64,000 bases of DNA from an uncultured Chlorobiota bacterium (GCA_947311445.1 CAMZKV010000008.1:5145-69144); one strand, 5' to 3'; positions 10,078 to 20,680 are shown, numbered from the stretch's first letter. A program made the numbers and translations. Notes: generated from the letters alone by a model not told the origin.

Positions 10078-10269
10078 AATATAAAATTGTTTTTATTAGC
10101 TTATACGAAAAAACTATGCCATAGGTTTCACGTTTTGCAACTTATTAATAACTTTTTCAAAACCTATATATTTTCAGTACTTTGCAACAACGAAAAACGT
10201 TATAAATTTTTATTTTAAAACAAATTATTACTTTTACACAATATTAATAAAGTTCTCAAATTATAGATT

Positions 10270-10770
10270 ATGAAAAAATTCCTATTTATATCATTGACAG
10301 TTATAATTTTAGCTTTTGCAGGCTACTACGCGTTTATTTATTATGTTCCTTTTAGCGAGGGGTTTAGAGCCGGAGAATTAGTGAAATTCAGCAAAAAAGG
10401 AGTTGGTTTTAAAACTTGGGAAGGACAAATAAGTCAGGGAGTTTCTGAAGCACAAGTTTTTTATTTTTCTGTTCAAGATAATGAAGAAGAAGTTATAGAA
10501 CAATTAAAACAATTACAAGGAAAAAATGTAAAACTAACATATACAGAAAGATATAAAACATTTCCTTGGCTGGGAGAAACAAAATATTTTGTAACAGAAG
10601 TTGAAAAAACAATTTATCGGGAGAACCAAAATGTTTCTGAAGACGTTTCAGAAAAAGAAAATAATAATTTGGAATTAGAGATGTTAAAAAAAGAAAATAA
10701 GATGTTAAAAGTTCGGATTAAAGATTTGGAAACAACAATTAATATTTTAAAAAACACATCAAATAATTAA
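10270..10770 (+). CDS. hypothetical membrane-anchored protein with C-terminal coiled coil
   Basis: N-terminal TM helix and a C-terminal LEMLKKENKMLKVRIKDLE heptads. No known motif recognised. Confidence 0.45.
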   Translation: MKKFLFISLTVIILAFAGYYAFIYYVPFSEGFRAGELVKFSKKGVGFKTWEGQISQGVSEAQVFYFSVQDNEEEVIEQLKQLQGKNVKLTYTERYKTFPWLGETKYFVTEVEKTIYRENQNVSEDVSEKENNNLELEMLKKENKMLKVRIKDLETTINILKNTSNN

Positions 10771-10771
10771 A

Positions 10772-12922
10772 TTATTTACAATAATTAAGTATCAAAGCAT
10801 CGGCATTTAAATCTCCAAGTTTTTTAGCCGATTTAAAATCAGAACAAGCATCAAAACTTTTTCCTAAAGATTTTAACAAAAGACCTCTTGATATATATAT
10901 GTTTGCCATATTTGGATTTAATTTTATTGCCATATTAAAATCCTGTAAGGCACCGTTAAAGTCTTTATTTCTTTGTTTAGCACTAGCTCTGTTTAAATAT
11001 GCAGAAAAACTTTTTGGGTCTAACTTAATACTTTTATCTAATAAAGATATTGCTTTTTTTATGTTTCCTTTTAATAAATATGCTCTTCCTAAATTTGAAA
11101 AAACAGACGGCTCTTGAGGATTATATTTAAGAGCAGATTCAAAGTCTTTTATTGCACCTTTAAAATCTTTAGACTTTCCTTTTGCAACGCCTCTATTTGA
11201 ATAATATGTTTCTAGTTCATTGAGCAAGTTGCGAGAAAGTTTTATCTCTATTGCAATATTATAGTCTTTTATTGCAGACTCTAATTGCCAAAGTTCAGCC
11301 TTTGCATTTCCTCGACTGTGGTATGCGTCTGCAAATTGTCCGTCTTGTGCAAGGGCAAAATCAAAATCTTTAATTGATTTTTTTAAAAGAGGAGTGTCAT
11401 TTTTAATTTTTCCTAATTCTAGCTCAGAAATACCTCTATTATAAAAAGCATTTCTATAGTCTGGTTTTCCTTTTATAGCTTTTGAAAAACAAGCAATTGC
11501 CTCAGTTCTTAATACTATAGAATGTTCAATTTTCGATTGTTCTATTGATATTTTTGCTTGTTTGTCTTTATAACTTCCAAGATTGTTCCATGCAACAACT
11601 GACTTTGGAGACTTCTCGGTTGTATCTGTCCATAATGTTTCACTATTTTTCCAAATATCACATCTTTGAAAACTTAAAACATTCAAAAGAACAATATAAA
11701 TTCCTGTTATTATAAAAACAACATTTTTAGCTTTAGGTTTTTCTTGTAAAATTTTTACTATAAATGCAGAAAGCAAAATAAAAAATCCAATTGACGGGAT
11801 ATATGCGTATCTATCTGCATGTGTTGCACTTCCAACAGGTATAAATTGAAGTAGTAAGAAAATGTTTATTATAAAAAAAGCAATTCCAAAAAATAAAACT
11901 TTTTTCTTTTTTTTTAAAAGCCAAATAAAAACAGCTAAAATTCCAAGAGTAGGTAAAATCATTAAATAATAGAAACTTGGGATTTTTTGATTAATTATAT
12001 CTGGATAGGGATAAATTGCCGATAAATTAACCGGTAAAATTAATTTAAGAATATATTGTATAAAAGCATAAGATGCAATACCTGTTCTTTGAATAAGGCT
12101 GTATGCTTGTTCGTCAATTAAAGCATCGCTTTCTTTTTGAGCACCAATTGCAATAAGCCCGAAAAAAATGGCAAGAGCAAAAAAAGGAATTTTTTCTGCA
12201 ATAAGTTTAATATCTATAAGTTTTCTGCTTTTGAACCAATCAATCAGAATTATTGTTATTGCCAAAGAAACAGCCTGCCCTTTTGAAAATAATGAAAGCA
12301 AAAATAAAATCAACGCAAGACTATATAAAAAAATATTTTTCTTTTCTGTGTATTTTACATAAGAAACCAAAGAAGCCATAAAAAAGAAAGAATATAATAC
12401 ATCTTTTCTTTCAGAAATCCATGCAACCGACTCAACATGTATTGTATGAACACCAAATAGAAGACCAACAATTAGAGCAAGATTAAAGTTTTTAAATAAG
12501 AGTAAAACAAACCAAAAAACTAAAAGACTTATTAAAATGTGCAGAAAAAGGTTTGTAAAATGAAAAATAAAAGGGTTAATTTCACCATTTTCATCCTCTC
12601 CTGAAATAGCATAGTCTATTGATAAAGAAATCATTGACAAGGGGTGGTAGTTCCCCATATAAAATGTTTCGGTATTAAATAGTTTTGCAATATTTTCGGA
12701 GTTTAAGGTTTTTAAATAAGGATTGTTTGTAATGTAAAATTCATCATCCCAAGAAGTGATTTCATTGTTAAGAGAAGGGTAGTATGAGAAAAAGGACAAA
12801 GCAGAAATAATAATAATAGCAAAGAAAGTAGTTTTTTTAGAAGATAGAGAAATTTTATTATCAGAAATCTTTACGTTTTGTTTTTTGAAACTTGATTTTG
12901 TTGCTTTTTTTACTCTTTTCAT
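10772..12922 (-). CDS. polytopic membrane protein with C-terminal TPR repeats (PMT/TMTC-like GT-C fold candidate)
   Basis: About 10 predicted TM helices in the N-terminal 420 aa (YHPLSMISL..., HVESVAWISERKD). Multiple TPR units (A-x-x-x-Y/F-x-x-A-I/L-x-x-x-P) in the C-terminal 280 aa. Confidence 0.55.
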   Translation of the reverse strand: MKRVKKATKSSFKKQNVKISDNKISLSSKKTTFFAIIIISALSFFSYYPSLNNEITSWDDEFYITNNPYLKTLNSENIAKLFNTETFYMGNYHPLSMISLSIDYAISGEDENGEINPFIFHFTNLFLHILISLLVFWFVLLLFKNFNLALIVGLLFGVHTIHVESVAWISERKDVLYSFFFMASLVSYVKYTEKKNIFLYSLALILFLLSLFSKGQAVSLAITIILIDWFKSRKLIDIKLIAEKIPFFALAIFFGLIAIGAQKESDALIDEQAYSLIQRTGIASYAFIQYILKLILPVNLSAIYPYPDIINQKIPSFYYLMILPTLGILAVFIWLLKKKKKVLFFGIAFFIINIFLLLQFIPVGSATHADRYAYIPSIGFFILLSAFIVKILQEKPKAKNVVFIITGIYIVLLNVLSFQRCDIWKNSETLWTDTTEKSPKSVVAWNNLGSYKDKQAKISIEQSKIEHSIVLRTEAIACFSKAIKGKPDYRNAFYNRGISELELGKIKNDTPLLKKSIKDFDFALAQDGQFADAYHSRGNAKAELWQLESAIKDYNIAIEIKLSRNLLNELETYYSNRGVAKGKSKDFKGAIKDFESALKYNPQEPSVFSNLGRAYLLKGNIKKAISLLDKSIKLDPKSFSAYLNRASAKQRNKDFNGALQDFNMAIKLNPNMANIYISRGLLLKSLGKSFDACSDFKSAKKLGDLNADALILNYCK

Positions 12923-12939
12923 TTTTCAGGAGTATTAAA

Positions 12940-13371
12940 TTAAGTTTTGTAAACCATTTTAAAATGATCAATACCTGCTTCTTTAAATATTTTTCCTTTT
13001 TTTTCAAAACCAAACTTGGCGTAAAATTTTTCAGCAGAAACTTGAGAGTTTAAATATATTTTTTTTCTACTAGGCAATATATCATTCAACATTGCTTCTA
13101 ATAATTTTGCTCCAAATTGTTTCCCTCTGTATTGTTTACAAACGGCAAATCTTTCCAGTTTATGACCTTCGCTTGTAATTCTTCGCCGTCCTGTACAAAC
13201 GGCATTTTCATTGTCAAAAATCAAGTATTGAATAGAAATACCATCTAAACCGTCAAACTCTTCTTCTTTACTAACTTTTTGTTCTTCAACAAAAACAGCG
13301 AATCTTATAGCTTTAGCTTTTTCAAAGAGCACTTTTTCTTTGGTGTTGAATATAAAAATTTTAACAGACAC
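12940..13371 (-). CDS. GNAT family N-acetyltransferase
   Basis: 143 aa; acetyl-CoA motif QYRGKQFGAKLLE and C-terminal FYAKFGF. Confidence 0.75.
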   Translation of the reverse strand: MSVKIFIFNTKEKVLFEKAKAIRFAVFVEEQKVSKEEEFDGLDGISIQYLIFDNENAVCTGRRRITSEGHKLERFAVCKQYRGKQFGAKLLEAMLNDILPSRKKIYLNSQVSAEKFYAKFGFEKKGKIFKEAGIDHFKMVYKT

Positions 13372-13445
13372 ATTAATAAATTTATAAATTTTATTTTTTA
13401 AATAACAGGAATAAATATTTTTCTTGTATTCTAACGATAAAAATA

Positions 13446-14261
13446 TTACTTTAAAAAAACGTTTGTCAGTTTTTTACTAAGTTCCCAAAGTTTGTTTTGC
13501 ACGTCTTTATCATAAGAAATAGGATTGCTTTGCATAGGTCTTCTGTTTTCTAAATATAAGCCACTCATTTGCTCTGTTACCTTACTTTCTGCAGAATACA
13601 ACATTGTTTCTGCACCCTCATTAACAGGCATTCCTCCGCTCCATGCGGCATTTAAAAGTTTTGTTTCAATTACTCCCGGATGTAAACAATTTGCTTTTAC
13701 AGATGTGTTTTCCAATAAGTCTGCTAATTTATATGTATGAAGTATGTTTAAAAGTTTTGATAAAGAATAAGCATCACTTCCGGAATAAGATTTTTCTCCT
13801 TGTAAATTGTTAAAATCAATAGTTGAAGAATGAATCATTGATGTAACATTTAAAATTTTTGACATCTTACTGTTTTGCAATAAGGGAAAAAGTAATTCTG
13901 TTAACAAAAAATGTGAAAGATAATTTACCTGAAAAGTTTTTTCAAAACCATCTTTTGTTAAACTCCGAGTTTTAATAAATTCTGCGGCATTGTTAAAAAG
14001 AATATCAATAACAGAAAAATTTTCTTTTATTTCGTTACCCATACTAAAAACCTCTTTTAAACTTTCAAAATCTGCTGTTACGCCAAAAACATCAATATTG
14101 GTATTAACCTGAGAAACCATATTTACAACCTCATTCACTCTTTTTTTATTTCTTCCATGAACTATAATATTTGCACCAAGTTTTCCGGCATTTATTGCAG
14201 TTTGTTTTCCAATCCCGTCTGTTGCTCCGGTTATAAGAATTGTTTTATTTTTTAAATCCAT
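13446..14261 (-). CDS. short-chain dehydrogenase/reductase (SDR)
   Basis: TGATDGIGK Rossmann motif, NNAA, YSLSK catalytic YxxxK. Confidence 0.85.
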   Translation of the reverse strand: MDLKNKTILITGATDGIGKQTAINAGKLGANIIVHGRNKKRVNEVVNMVSQVNTNIDVFGVTADFESLKEVFSMGNEIKENFSVIDILFNNAAEFIKTRSLTKDGFEKTFQVNYLSHFLLTELLFPLLQNSKMSKILNVTSMIHSSTIDFNNLQGEKSYSGSDAYSLSKLLNILHTYKLADLLENTSVKANCLHPGVIETKLLNAAWSGGMPVNEGAETMLYSAESKVTEQMSGLYLENRRPMQSNPISYDKDVQNKLWELSKKLTNVFLK

Positions 14262-14294
14262 TTATTGCTATTTTATTGTTAATAAGCACAATAG

Positions 14295-14834
14295 TTATAT
14301 AATCATTCTTGTTTTTTTCATATAATCTTCATATTCTTTGCCATATGCTTTAAGACACATTTTTTCTTCTTCTTTCATTATAAAATATGTAGAAATAAAA
14401 TGCAAAAATACAATAATTATTAAAATAACAGAAGCCCCTATAAGAGAAATTCCAATACCGATTATAAAAAAAGATAAATATACAGGATGTCTTGAAAATT
14501 TATATATTTTTTCAGTTACCGGTTTATCGTATTCTGAAATTGCGAAATAAAAAAATGAAATTATATATAAAATCATTCCAAATATAAACACAACAAAACC
14601 TATAATAAAAAACAAAGAACACTGTTTAAACGAAATAAAAACTGTAAGCAATAAAAACGCATAATACAAAATATAATTAATTGTTGTTACAAACTTAATT
14701 TTTGGAGTTTTAACAAATTTTGAAAGATTATATTTAGGAATTATAAATAAGAGACCAACACTTACTACAAAATAGACAGAAGAAAACAACCAAAGGTTAT
14801 AAAAATTAAGAGAAAAGTCGGGCAAAAAAGACAT
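14295..14834 (-). CDS. membrane methyltransferase-like protein (ICMT/PEMT family)
   Basis: Five hydrophobic helices and a SRHPVYLSFFIIGIG motif resembling the isoprenylcysteine carboxyl / phospholipid methyltransferase family. Confidence 0.5.
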   Translation of the reverse strand: MSFLPDFSLNFYNLWLFSSVYFVVSVGLLFIIPKYNLSKFVKTPKIKFVTTINYILYYAFLLLTVFISFKQCSLFFIIGFVVFIFGMILYIISFFYFAISEYDKPVTEKIYKFSRHPVYLSFFIIGIGISLIGASVILIIIVFLHFISTYFIMKEEEKMCLKAYGKEYEDYMKKTRMII

Positions 14835-14934
14835 ACAATTTTTCTGTAAAAATATAAAATTCTTTTTTACATTGTTATTTCTTTTTCTTTTTTATATTTG
14901 AAGGAAAATCTAAGGACAAACAATATAAAAAAAA

Positions 14935-15327
14935 ATGAACAAATATCTTATATTAAATTTATTGATAATTGCTTTTTTTTCTAATTGTAATGAAACCAAA
15001 AAAGAAAAAAAGGATAAACTTGACATAGAAAAATCTCTTGAAGATAAGGTTTTAGAAGCAGTAATTTTTTTGCCGGAATACAAAGAGGCAGACCAAATAG
15101 TTCGGGCAATGACATCAAACAAACAGCAACTTACATGTATTATTAACGAACCGGAAGGCAAAGATAATCGGTATCATATTGAGGCTGGTTACAATAAAGA
15201 AACGTGGTTTGAACCGTATTATCATTTTTATGTTGATACAAAAACATTAAAAGTCTCAATTTTGGATAAAAAAGAGGGAGACATTGTTCCTATTGAAATT
15301 TGGAGAGAAAGAGAAGATAAAAGATGA
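14935..15327 (+). CDS. hypothetical lipoprotein
   Basis: Lipobox-like LIIAFFSNC. Its stop overlaps the start of the next gene (ATGA). Confidence 0.45.
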   Translation: MNKYLILNLLIIAFFSNCNETKKEKKDKLDIEKSLEDKVLEAVIFLPEYKEADQIVRAMTSNKQQLTCIINEPEGKDNRYHIEAGYNKETWFEPYYHFYVDTKTLKVSILDKKEGDIVPIEIWREREDKR

Positions 15328-17081
15328 AAAAAAAAATAATACTATTATTTTTAATTGTTATAATTTCTTCCTGTTTTAAAGAGACAAGAAACAAAGAGCT
15401 TTTGAGTTCAGACAGTAAGTATATTCAAAAACACGCATCAGATCCTGTTAATTGGAATGTTTGGTCAGAAAAAATATGGAAAAATGCAAAAAAAGAAAAT
15501 AAACTAATTCTAATAAGTATAGGATATTTTGCTTGTCATTGGTGCCATGTAATGCAAAACGAAAGTTTTAAAAACAAAGAAACAGCAGAAATAATGAACA
15601 AATATTTTTATAATGTTAAAATTGATAGAGAACAATTCCCGGATGTTGACGCTCATTTTTCAAACATACAAAAAAAACTTACCGGTTGGGCGGGCTGGCC
15701 AATGCACTTTATTTTAAAACCAGATAAAACAGTTGTTTGGACAGGAATATATATGAAACCTAAAAAATGGCAAGAACATTTAATGTTTATTGCAAAACAA
15801 ATTGAAAAAAACCCTAACTATATTTACACCGAAAATTACATTTCTCCAAAAAATAAAAATAAAATAAAAAAAATAGATTTTAATATTATTAACCGAACAT
15901 TACAAAAGCAGTTTGATACAATTAACGGAGGATTAATTCCGACACATTACAGAAGAAAATACCCAATGCCCTACTTCTTATCATATGTCTTAAATGAATA
16001 TAAAATATTCCAAAATAAAAAATTTGAAAAATTTTTAAAGCTTAGTGCTGATAAAATGTACCAAGGAGGACTTTATGATCAGGTTGAAGGTGGTTTTTTC
16101 AGGTTTTCAATGGATAAAAAATGGCACATTCCGCATTTTGAGAAAATGTTATATACAAATGCAAGTATGATTTCTTTTTATTCAGAAATGTATAAGACCT
16201 TCAACGACGAAAACTATAAAAATTGTGCAATAAAAACTGCAAATTTTTTGTTTTCTGAAATGTCTTCAGAAACACCTTTATTTGTTAGCTCACTAGATGC
16301 AGACCAATATTCTGAGGGAAGTTATTATGTTTATTCTTTACAAGAATTAAAACAAGCATTTGAAAATAACAATATGTTTTTCAAATATTTTAATATTAAT
16401 AATGAAAATGTTTGGCGAGACACAAGCTATCATTTGTTTTGCTCAGAAAAAGAAAATGTTTTTGCAAAAAAGAATCATATTTCAGAAGAAAAGTTTATTC
16501 ATAAACTTAAAATAACAAAACAAAAACTATTAAAAATTAGAAAAACAAAACAAAATCCGGAAAGAGGAATAAAATTAATTAGTTCTTGGAACGCATTATT
16601 AATTAGTTCATTTATTGAACTTTATGATGTAACAAAAGATAAAGAATACATAGAAAGGGCACAAAAAATGGTTTTGTTTTTTGAAAAAAAATATTCTAAA
16701 GAACAAAAAATAAAACATTATTATCTTGAAAATAAAATTTCTAATTCAAAAACATTTCCAGAAGATAATTTGTATTTAGCAAAAGCATTAATTCAATTGT
16801 ATAAGTATAGCAAAGAGAAAAAGCATATAGATTTTGCCCAAAAATTATTTATAGATTTTCAAAACAAGACAAAAGAAGGGAAACAGTTTCCCGAAAATGA
16901 TACTTCTCTTCCTTCAATTGCTGCAGTTCAAAATGTAGTTTCTCAGGAATTAAATAAATATTATAAAACAACAAAATTCGAAAGAGTAAAAAGAGACTTA
17001 ACAAAGATTTCTATACATCCGGAAGAATACGGATTAGTTTTAAAAGGTCTAAGAGAAGATGGTATAAAAAAAAACGAATAA
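15324..17081 (+). CDS. thioredoxin-domain protein, DUF255/YyaL family
   Basis: GYFACHWCHVMQNESF thioredoxin-like motif followed by a long alpha/alpha-toroid-like region, as in the DUF255 family. Confidence 0.7.
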   Translation: MKKKIILLFLIVIISSCFKETRNKELLSSDSKYIQKHASDPVNWNVWSEKIWKNAKKENKLILISIGYFACHWCHVMQNESFKNKETAEIMNKYFYNVKIDREQFPDVDAHFSNIQKKLTGWAGWPMHFILKPDKTVVWTGIYMKPKKWQEHLMFIAKQIEKNPNYIYTENYISPKNKNKIKKIDFNIINRTLQKQFDTINGGLIPTHYRRKYPMPYFLSYVLNEYKIFQNKKFEKFLKLSADKMYQGGLYDQVEGGFFRFSMDKKWHIPHFEKMLYTNASMISFYSEMYKTFNDENYKNCAIKTANFLFSEMSSETPLFVSSLDADQYSEGSYYVYSLQELKQAFENNNMFFKYFNINNENVWRDTSYHLFCSEKENVFAKKNHISEEKFIHKLKITKQKLLKIRKTKQNPERGIKLISSWNALLISSFIELYDVTKDKEYIERAQKMVLFFEKKYSKEQKIKHYYLENKISNSKTFPEDNLYLAKALIQLYKYSKEKKHIDFAQKLFIDFQNKTKEGKQFPENDTSLPSIAAVQNVVSQELNKYYKTTKFERVKRDLTKISIHPEEYGLVLKGLREDGIKKNE

Positions 17082-17104
17082 CTTTTATTTGTTATTCGTT
17101 TTTG
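17073..17104 (+). terminator. rho-independent terminator overlapping the stop codon
   Basis: aacgaataac (17073-17082) / gttattcgtt (17091-17100) followed by a T-run. Confidence 0.65.
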
Positions 17105-17175
17105 AGGTCACGAGCGGATTCGAACCGCTGTAGACGGTGTTGCAGACCGCTGCCTAACCACTTGGCTACGTGACC
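17105..17175 (-). tRNA. tRNA-Cys (GCA)
   Basis: Reverse complement folds as a cloverleaf: acceptor ggtcacg/cgtgacc, anticodon stem gcggt/accgt with loop cuGCAac, T-arm agcgg-ttcgaat-ccgct, and U73 discriminator typical of tRNA-Cys. Confidence 0.9.
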
Positions 17176-17194
17176 GTTTTTATTGTTCGGATTG

Positions 17195-17202
17195 CAAAGA
17201 TA
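17195..17202 (-). promoter_or_regulatory. candidate Bacteroidota -7 promoter box for tRNA-Cys
   Basis: The minus strand reads TATCTTTG (TAnnTTTG consensus), ending 19 nt upstream of the tRNA 5' end. No clean -33 TTTG seen. Confidence 0.4.
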
Positions 17203-17232
17203 AAAGATATATTTTTTATAAAAAATACTTTT

Positions 17233-17673
17233 TTAATCTTTTGCAACATCTTTTTTCCAAATTAACTTTTTCCCAAAACCTAAGCGGTTGTCTGTCTGCT
17301 TAATAAACTCAAGTTCCAATATCCACAGTTGTGTTTTCATAAGTTTAGCAAAAGGAAATTTTTTCATATATTTTTTATTAGCTGTTTTTTTTATACTCCC
17401 TTCAGGCAAAAACATTTTCCCTTGAAATTGAACGCCTTGTATTTTTCCAACAATAGACGTTTCCAAAACAACAGAACCTGCTACGGTATTGTTTTGTATG
17501 GCATCTTGAACGTGTTTTGTTTCATTATCAGAAGTAAAAACAAATATATTTTCCTCTTTAAGGTAAACATAAAAACAGTTTGCACAATAAGGAATATTGT
17601 TTTTTGATGTTGCCAAGGTAAGAACATGGTGCTCTTTTATAAAGTCTATTATTTTTTTTGGGGGAATTTTCAT
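17233..17673 (-). CDS. pyridoxamine 5'-phosphate oxidase-like (YhbP/UPF0306-type) protein
   Basis: 146 aa; pattern IDFIKEHHVLTLAT...PYCANCFY resembles the PNPOx-like split-barrel family. Confidence 0.6.
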   Translation of the reverse strand: MKIPPKKIIDFIKEHHVLTLATSKNNIPYCANCFYVYLKEENIFVFTSDNETKHVQDAIQNNTVAGSVVLETSIVGKIQGVQFQGKMFLPEGSIKKTANKKYMKKFPFAKLMKTQLWILELEFIKQTDNRLGFGKKLIWKKDVAKD

Positions 17674-17736
17674 AAATTTGTGAATTATTGTAAATTAGAT
17701 GCAACGATACGAATAATTTTTAATCTGTTAAAAACA

Positions 17737-18525
17737 ATGAATAAAAATATAATAATAACATTCTTACTTTTTATTTTTTCTTTGGTATTAATTTCTGGAA
17801 AAATTTTAAAAAAAGAAGAAACAGCTTTTAAATATAAAATAAATGATTCAACAGAAATTGTTGTTAATAAAGTTCTTGATTTAAAATCAGAAGTTTCTTT
17901 GTATTATTACAGTAAAATGAATATACCTGCCTGTAACACAGGAGAATGTATGTTGATGAACATAACAATGTATTGGGATGCATATGGAAATTATTTCAAA
18001 TATGAAGTTCCTCAAAACTTTCCTTTAACAAAATGCAACCATAAAAAATTTAAGAAAAAAGATTATGTTAAATTACATAAAATATTGAATAATCCTAACT
18101 CAAAATACAGTAAATTCACAATAGAAAATTTAACAGAAAAACAGGCACAAAACAAATATAAGACAGATGCAACATCTGGCTCTACAATTAAATTGGTTTT
18201 TGATTCAGAAAGGATTAAAGGTGCAGTTAAAACAACACATACATTGTGGCATATTGCTAATGGAAGGATAAATAAAATATTGAAAAATAAAACAGGAGAA
18301 GTAAAAGTTTCAGACTTTACAAATAAAGAGTTTTTTATTTCTTATGAAATAAACAAAAAAGAAACGAATATTTTTGATACAGATTTTATAAATAAAATTG
18401 AAAAACAAATATCAAAGAAGAACATGAATAAATCAATATTAATTAGCAATTATCTAATTAGAAATAATATAAAATCAAAAAAGAGCAATAAATTTTTAAA
18501 ACAAATTAAATTTTTAAAAAAATAA
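17737..18525 (+). CDS. hypothetical secreted protein
   Basis: The ATG at 17737 gives signal peptide MNKNIIITFLLFIFSLVLISG. The longer track ORF (17626) overlaps the convergent-start neighbour and is rejected. Confidence 0.45.
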   Translation: MNKNIIITFLLFIFSLVLISGKILKKEETAFKYKINDSTEIVVNKVLDLKSEVSLYYYSKMNIPACNTGECMLMNITMYWDAYGNYFKYEVPQNFPLTKCNHKKFKKKDYVKLHKILNNPNSKYSKFTIENLTEKQAQNKYKTDATSGSTIKLVFDSERIKGAVKTTHTLWHIANGRINKILKNKTGEVKVSDFTNKEFFISYEINKKETNIFDTDFINKIEKQISKKNMNKSILISNYLIRNNIKSKKSNKFLKQIKFLKK

Positions 18526-18526
18526 A

Positions 18527-18686
18527 AAGAAGAAACATTCTTGACAACTAGGAACATGACTATAAACTTGCACACAGGTAATTTGCAGAACAAAACAATA
18601 TTTGTAAATATAAAAACACAATAAACTTATAAATATAAATTAACTTTTAACTTTACATTTTCAAACTTTTAACTATTTTTAGACAC
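18527..18686 (+). repeat. conserved upstream module, copy E (most diverged)
   Basis: aggaacatgactataaacttgcacacaggtaatttgcagaacaaaacaa (from 18550) aligns with copies A-D. The 3' part aaattaacttttaactttacattttcaaacttttaactatttttagacacATG aligns with copy A. Confidence 0.7.
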
Positions 18687-20642
18687 ATGAAAAAATTATA
18701 TATTTTTGCACTTATATTATTTGCAGTAAGCACTGTAAATGCTCAAAAACACCTTCACAATAAATGTTTAGAAGGAAAAATATCATTGAATAAAGATCTT
18801 TTTTCTTTTGACGAGTCAAAATATCAAGAAAAATCAAGTTTTTCCTATGACGTAAAATATTATAGATTAAACCTATTATTTGAAGACATAGATAATAAAT
18901 ACGTTGCAGGAGAAGTTACAACATATTTTGAAACAAAAACTACAGGGTTTAATCAAATAAGTTTTGACTTAGCAGGTAATATAAATGTAGATTCAGTTAT
19001 TTTTAGACAAAATAAAATACCCATGTCTTCAATAACTCACATATCTGACGAATTAACAATTAATCTTCCGACAACAATAGCAAATGGAACCATAGATTCA
19101 ATATCTGTTTTTTATCAAGGTATTCCTGATCCTTCCGGGGGTTTTGGTTCTTTTATTCAAGACTCTCATAACGAAACTCCAATTATTTGGACTCTTTCAG
19201 AGCCATATGGAGCAAAAGATTGGTGGCCATGCAAACAAAGTCTAAATGACAAAGCAGACTCAATAGATGTTTATGTTACAAACGAAGATGTGTATAAAGC
19301 TGCAAGTAACGGACTATTAATTTCTGAAACAACACAAAGCGGTATGAAAACTGCACATTGGAAACATAAGCACCCGATTACAGCATATCTTGTTGCTGTT
19401 GCAGTAACAAACTATTCAACATATTCTGATAATGTTACATTAACAACAGGGCAAAATGTTGAAGTTTTAAACTATGTTTATCCGGAAGATTTGTCTTATG
19501 CACAAAATAATACACCCAATGTCTTAGATGTTATTCAATTATACAGCGACCTTTTTATACCCTATCCTTTTTATAATGAAAAATATGGACATGCCCAATT
19601 TGGATGGGGTGGAGGAATGGAACATCAAACAATGAGTTTTATGGTAAGTTTTGGACATGGTTTAATGGCTCATGAACTTGCACACCAATGGTTTGGTGAT
19701 TTTGTTACATGCGGATCTTGGGCTCATATATGGCTAAACGAAGGGTTTGCAACATATCTTGACGGAATGACACATGAGCATAACTTAAGCGGAGGTGACG
19801 ATTTTGACTCATGGAAATCAGACAGAATAAACTATGTTGTATCACAGCCAGGAGGGTCTGTTTGGGTTGATGACACAACAAGTGTAAATAGAATTTTTAA
19901 CGGAAGACTTTCGTATTATAAAGGAGCATTAGTTCTTCATATGTTAAGAAAAACTGTAGGAGATGACGCATTTTTTCAAGGTCTTCAAAATTATTTAACA
20001 GATCCAAATATTGCAAATGGATATGCAATGACATCTGACTTACAAGCACACATTGAAGCAACATACGGAAGTTCTCTCGAGTATTATTTTGATGATTGGT
20101 TTTATGGAGAAGGTTATCCAATTTATAATATAGCATACTCGCAAAACACACCCGGAAATATTAATATTAAAATTAATCAGTCTCAGTCTGATAGTTCGGT
20201 AGATTTTTTTGAAATGAAGGTGCCTGTAAAATTTCATGGAGCAACGCAAGATTCCGTTATATGGTTTGATAACACATCAAATGGGCAACAATATATTGTA
20301 AATCTTGGGTTTACGGTAACATCTGTCGAGTTTGACCCAAATAATGACATTGTTTCTACAGGAACAACGGTTTTAAAAGTTGGTACATTAAAAGACGGAA
20401 TAAGGTCTTTTATAAGTCCAAATCCCGCAAACGAAGAAATAAAAGTGAATTTCATTGAAAAAATTAAACCTGAAAAGGTGAATATAATTGACTATACCGG
20501 AAGAATTATTAAATCTTTTGAAGAAGAAAATAACGCATCATATATCTTTAAATATGATATAAAAGATTTACCGCGAGGACTATATTTTATTTCTTTTAAA
20601 CAAGAAGGAAAAACAGTTAGTAAAAAGTTTATAAAAAACTAA
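18687..20642 (+). CDS. M1 family zinc aminopeptidase with T9SS C-terminal sorting domain
   Basis: HELAHQWFGD plus WLNEGFATY (HExxH-18-E), a signal peptide, and a C-terminal approx. 80 aa Por-tail pattern (SPNPANEEIKV...GLYFISF...KKFIKN). Confidence 0.85.
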   Translation: MKKLYIFALILFAVSTVNAQKHLHNKCLEGKISLNKDLFSFDESKYQEKSSFSYDVKYYRLNLLFEDIDNKYVAGEVTTYFETKTTGFNQISFDLAGNINVDSVIFRQNKIPMSSITHISDELTINLPTTIANGTIDSISVFYQGIPDPSGGFGSFIQDSHNETPIIWTLSEPYGAKDWWPCKQSLNDKADSIDVYVTNEDVYKAASNGLLISETTQSGMKTAHWKHKHPITAYLVAVAVTNYSTYSDNVTLTTGQNVEVLNYVYPEDLSYAQNNTPNVLDVIQLYSDLFIPYPFYNEKYGHAQFGWGGGMEHQTMSFMVSFGHGLMAHELAHQWFGDFVTCGSWAHIWLNEGFATYLDGMTHEHNLSGGDDFDSWKSDRINYVVSQPGGSVWVDDTTSVNRIFNGRLSYYKGALVLHMLRKTVGDDAFFQGLQNYLTDPNIANGYAMTSDLQAHIEATYGSSLEYYFDDWFYGEGYPIYNIAYSQNTPGNINIKINQSQSDSSVDFFEMKVPVKFHGATQDSVIWFDNTSNGQQYIVNLGFTVTSVEFDPNNDIVSTGTTVLKVGTLKDGIRSFISPNPANEEIKVNFIEKIKPEKVNIIDYTGRIIKSFEEENNASYIFKYDIKDLPRGLYFISFKQEGKTVSKKFIKN

Positions 20643-20680
20643 GTTTTTAAATTGATTTTATATTTTTGTAAAAAAAAAAG

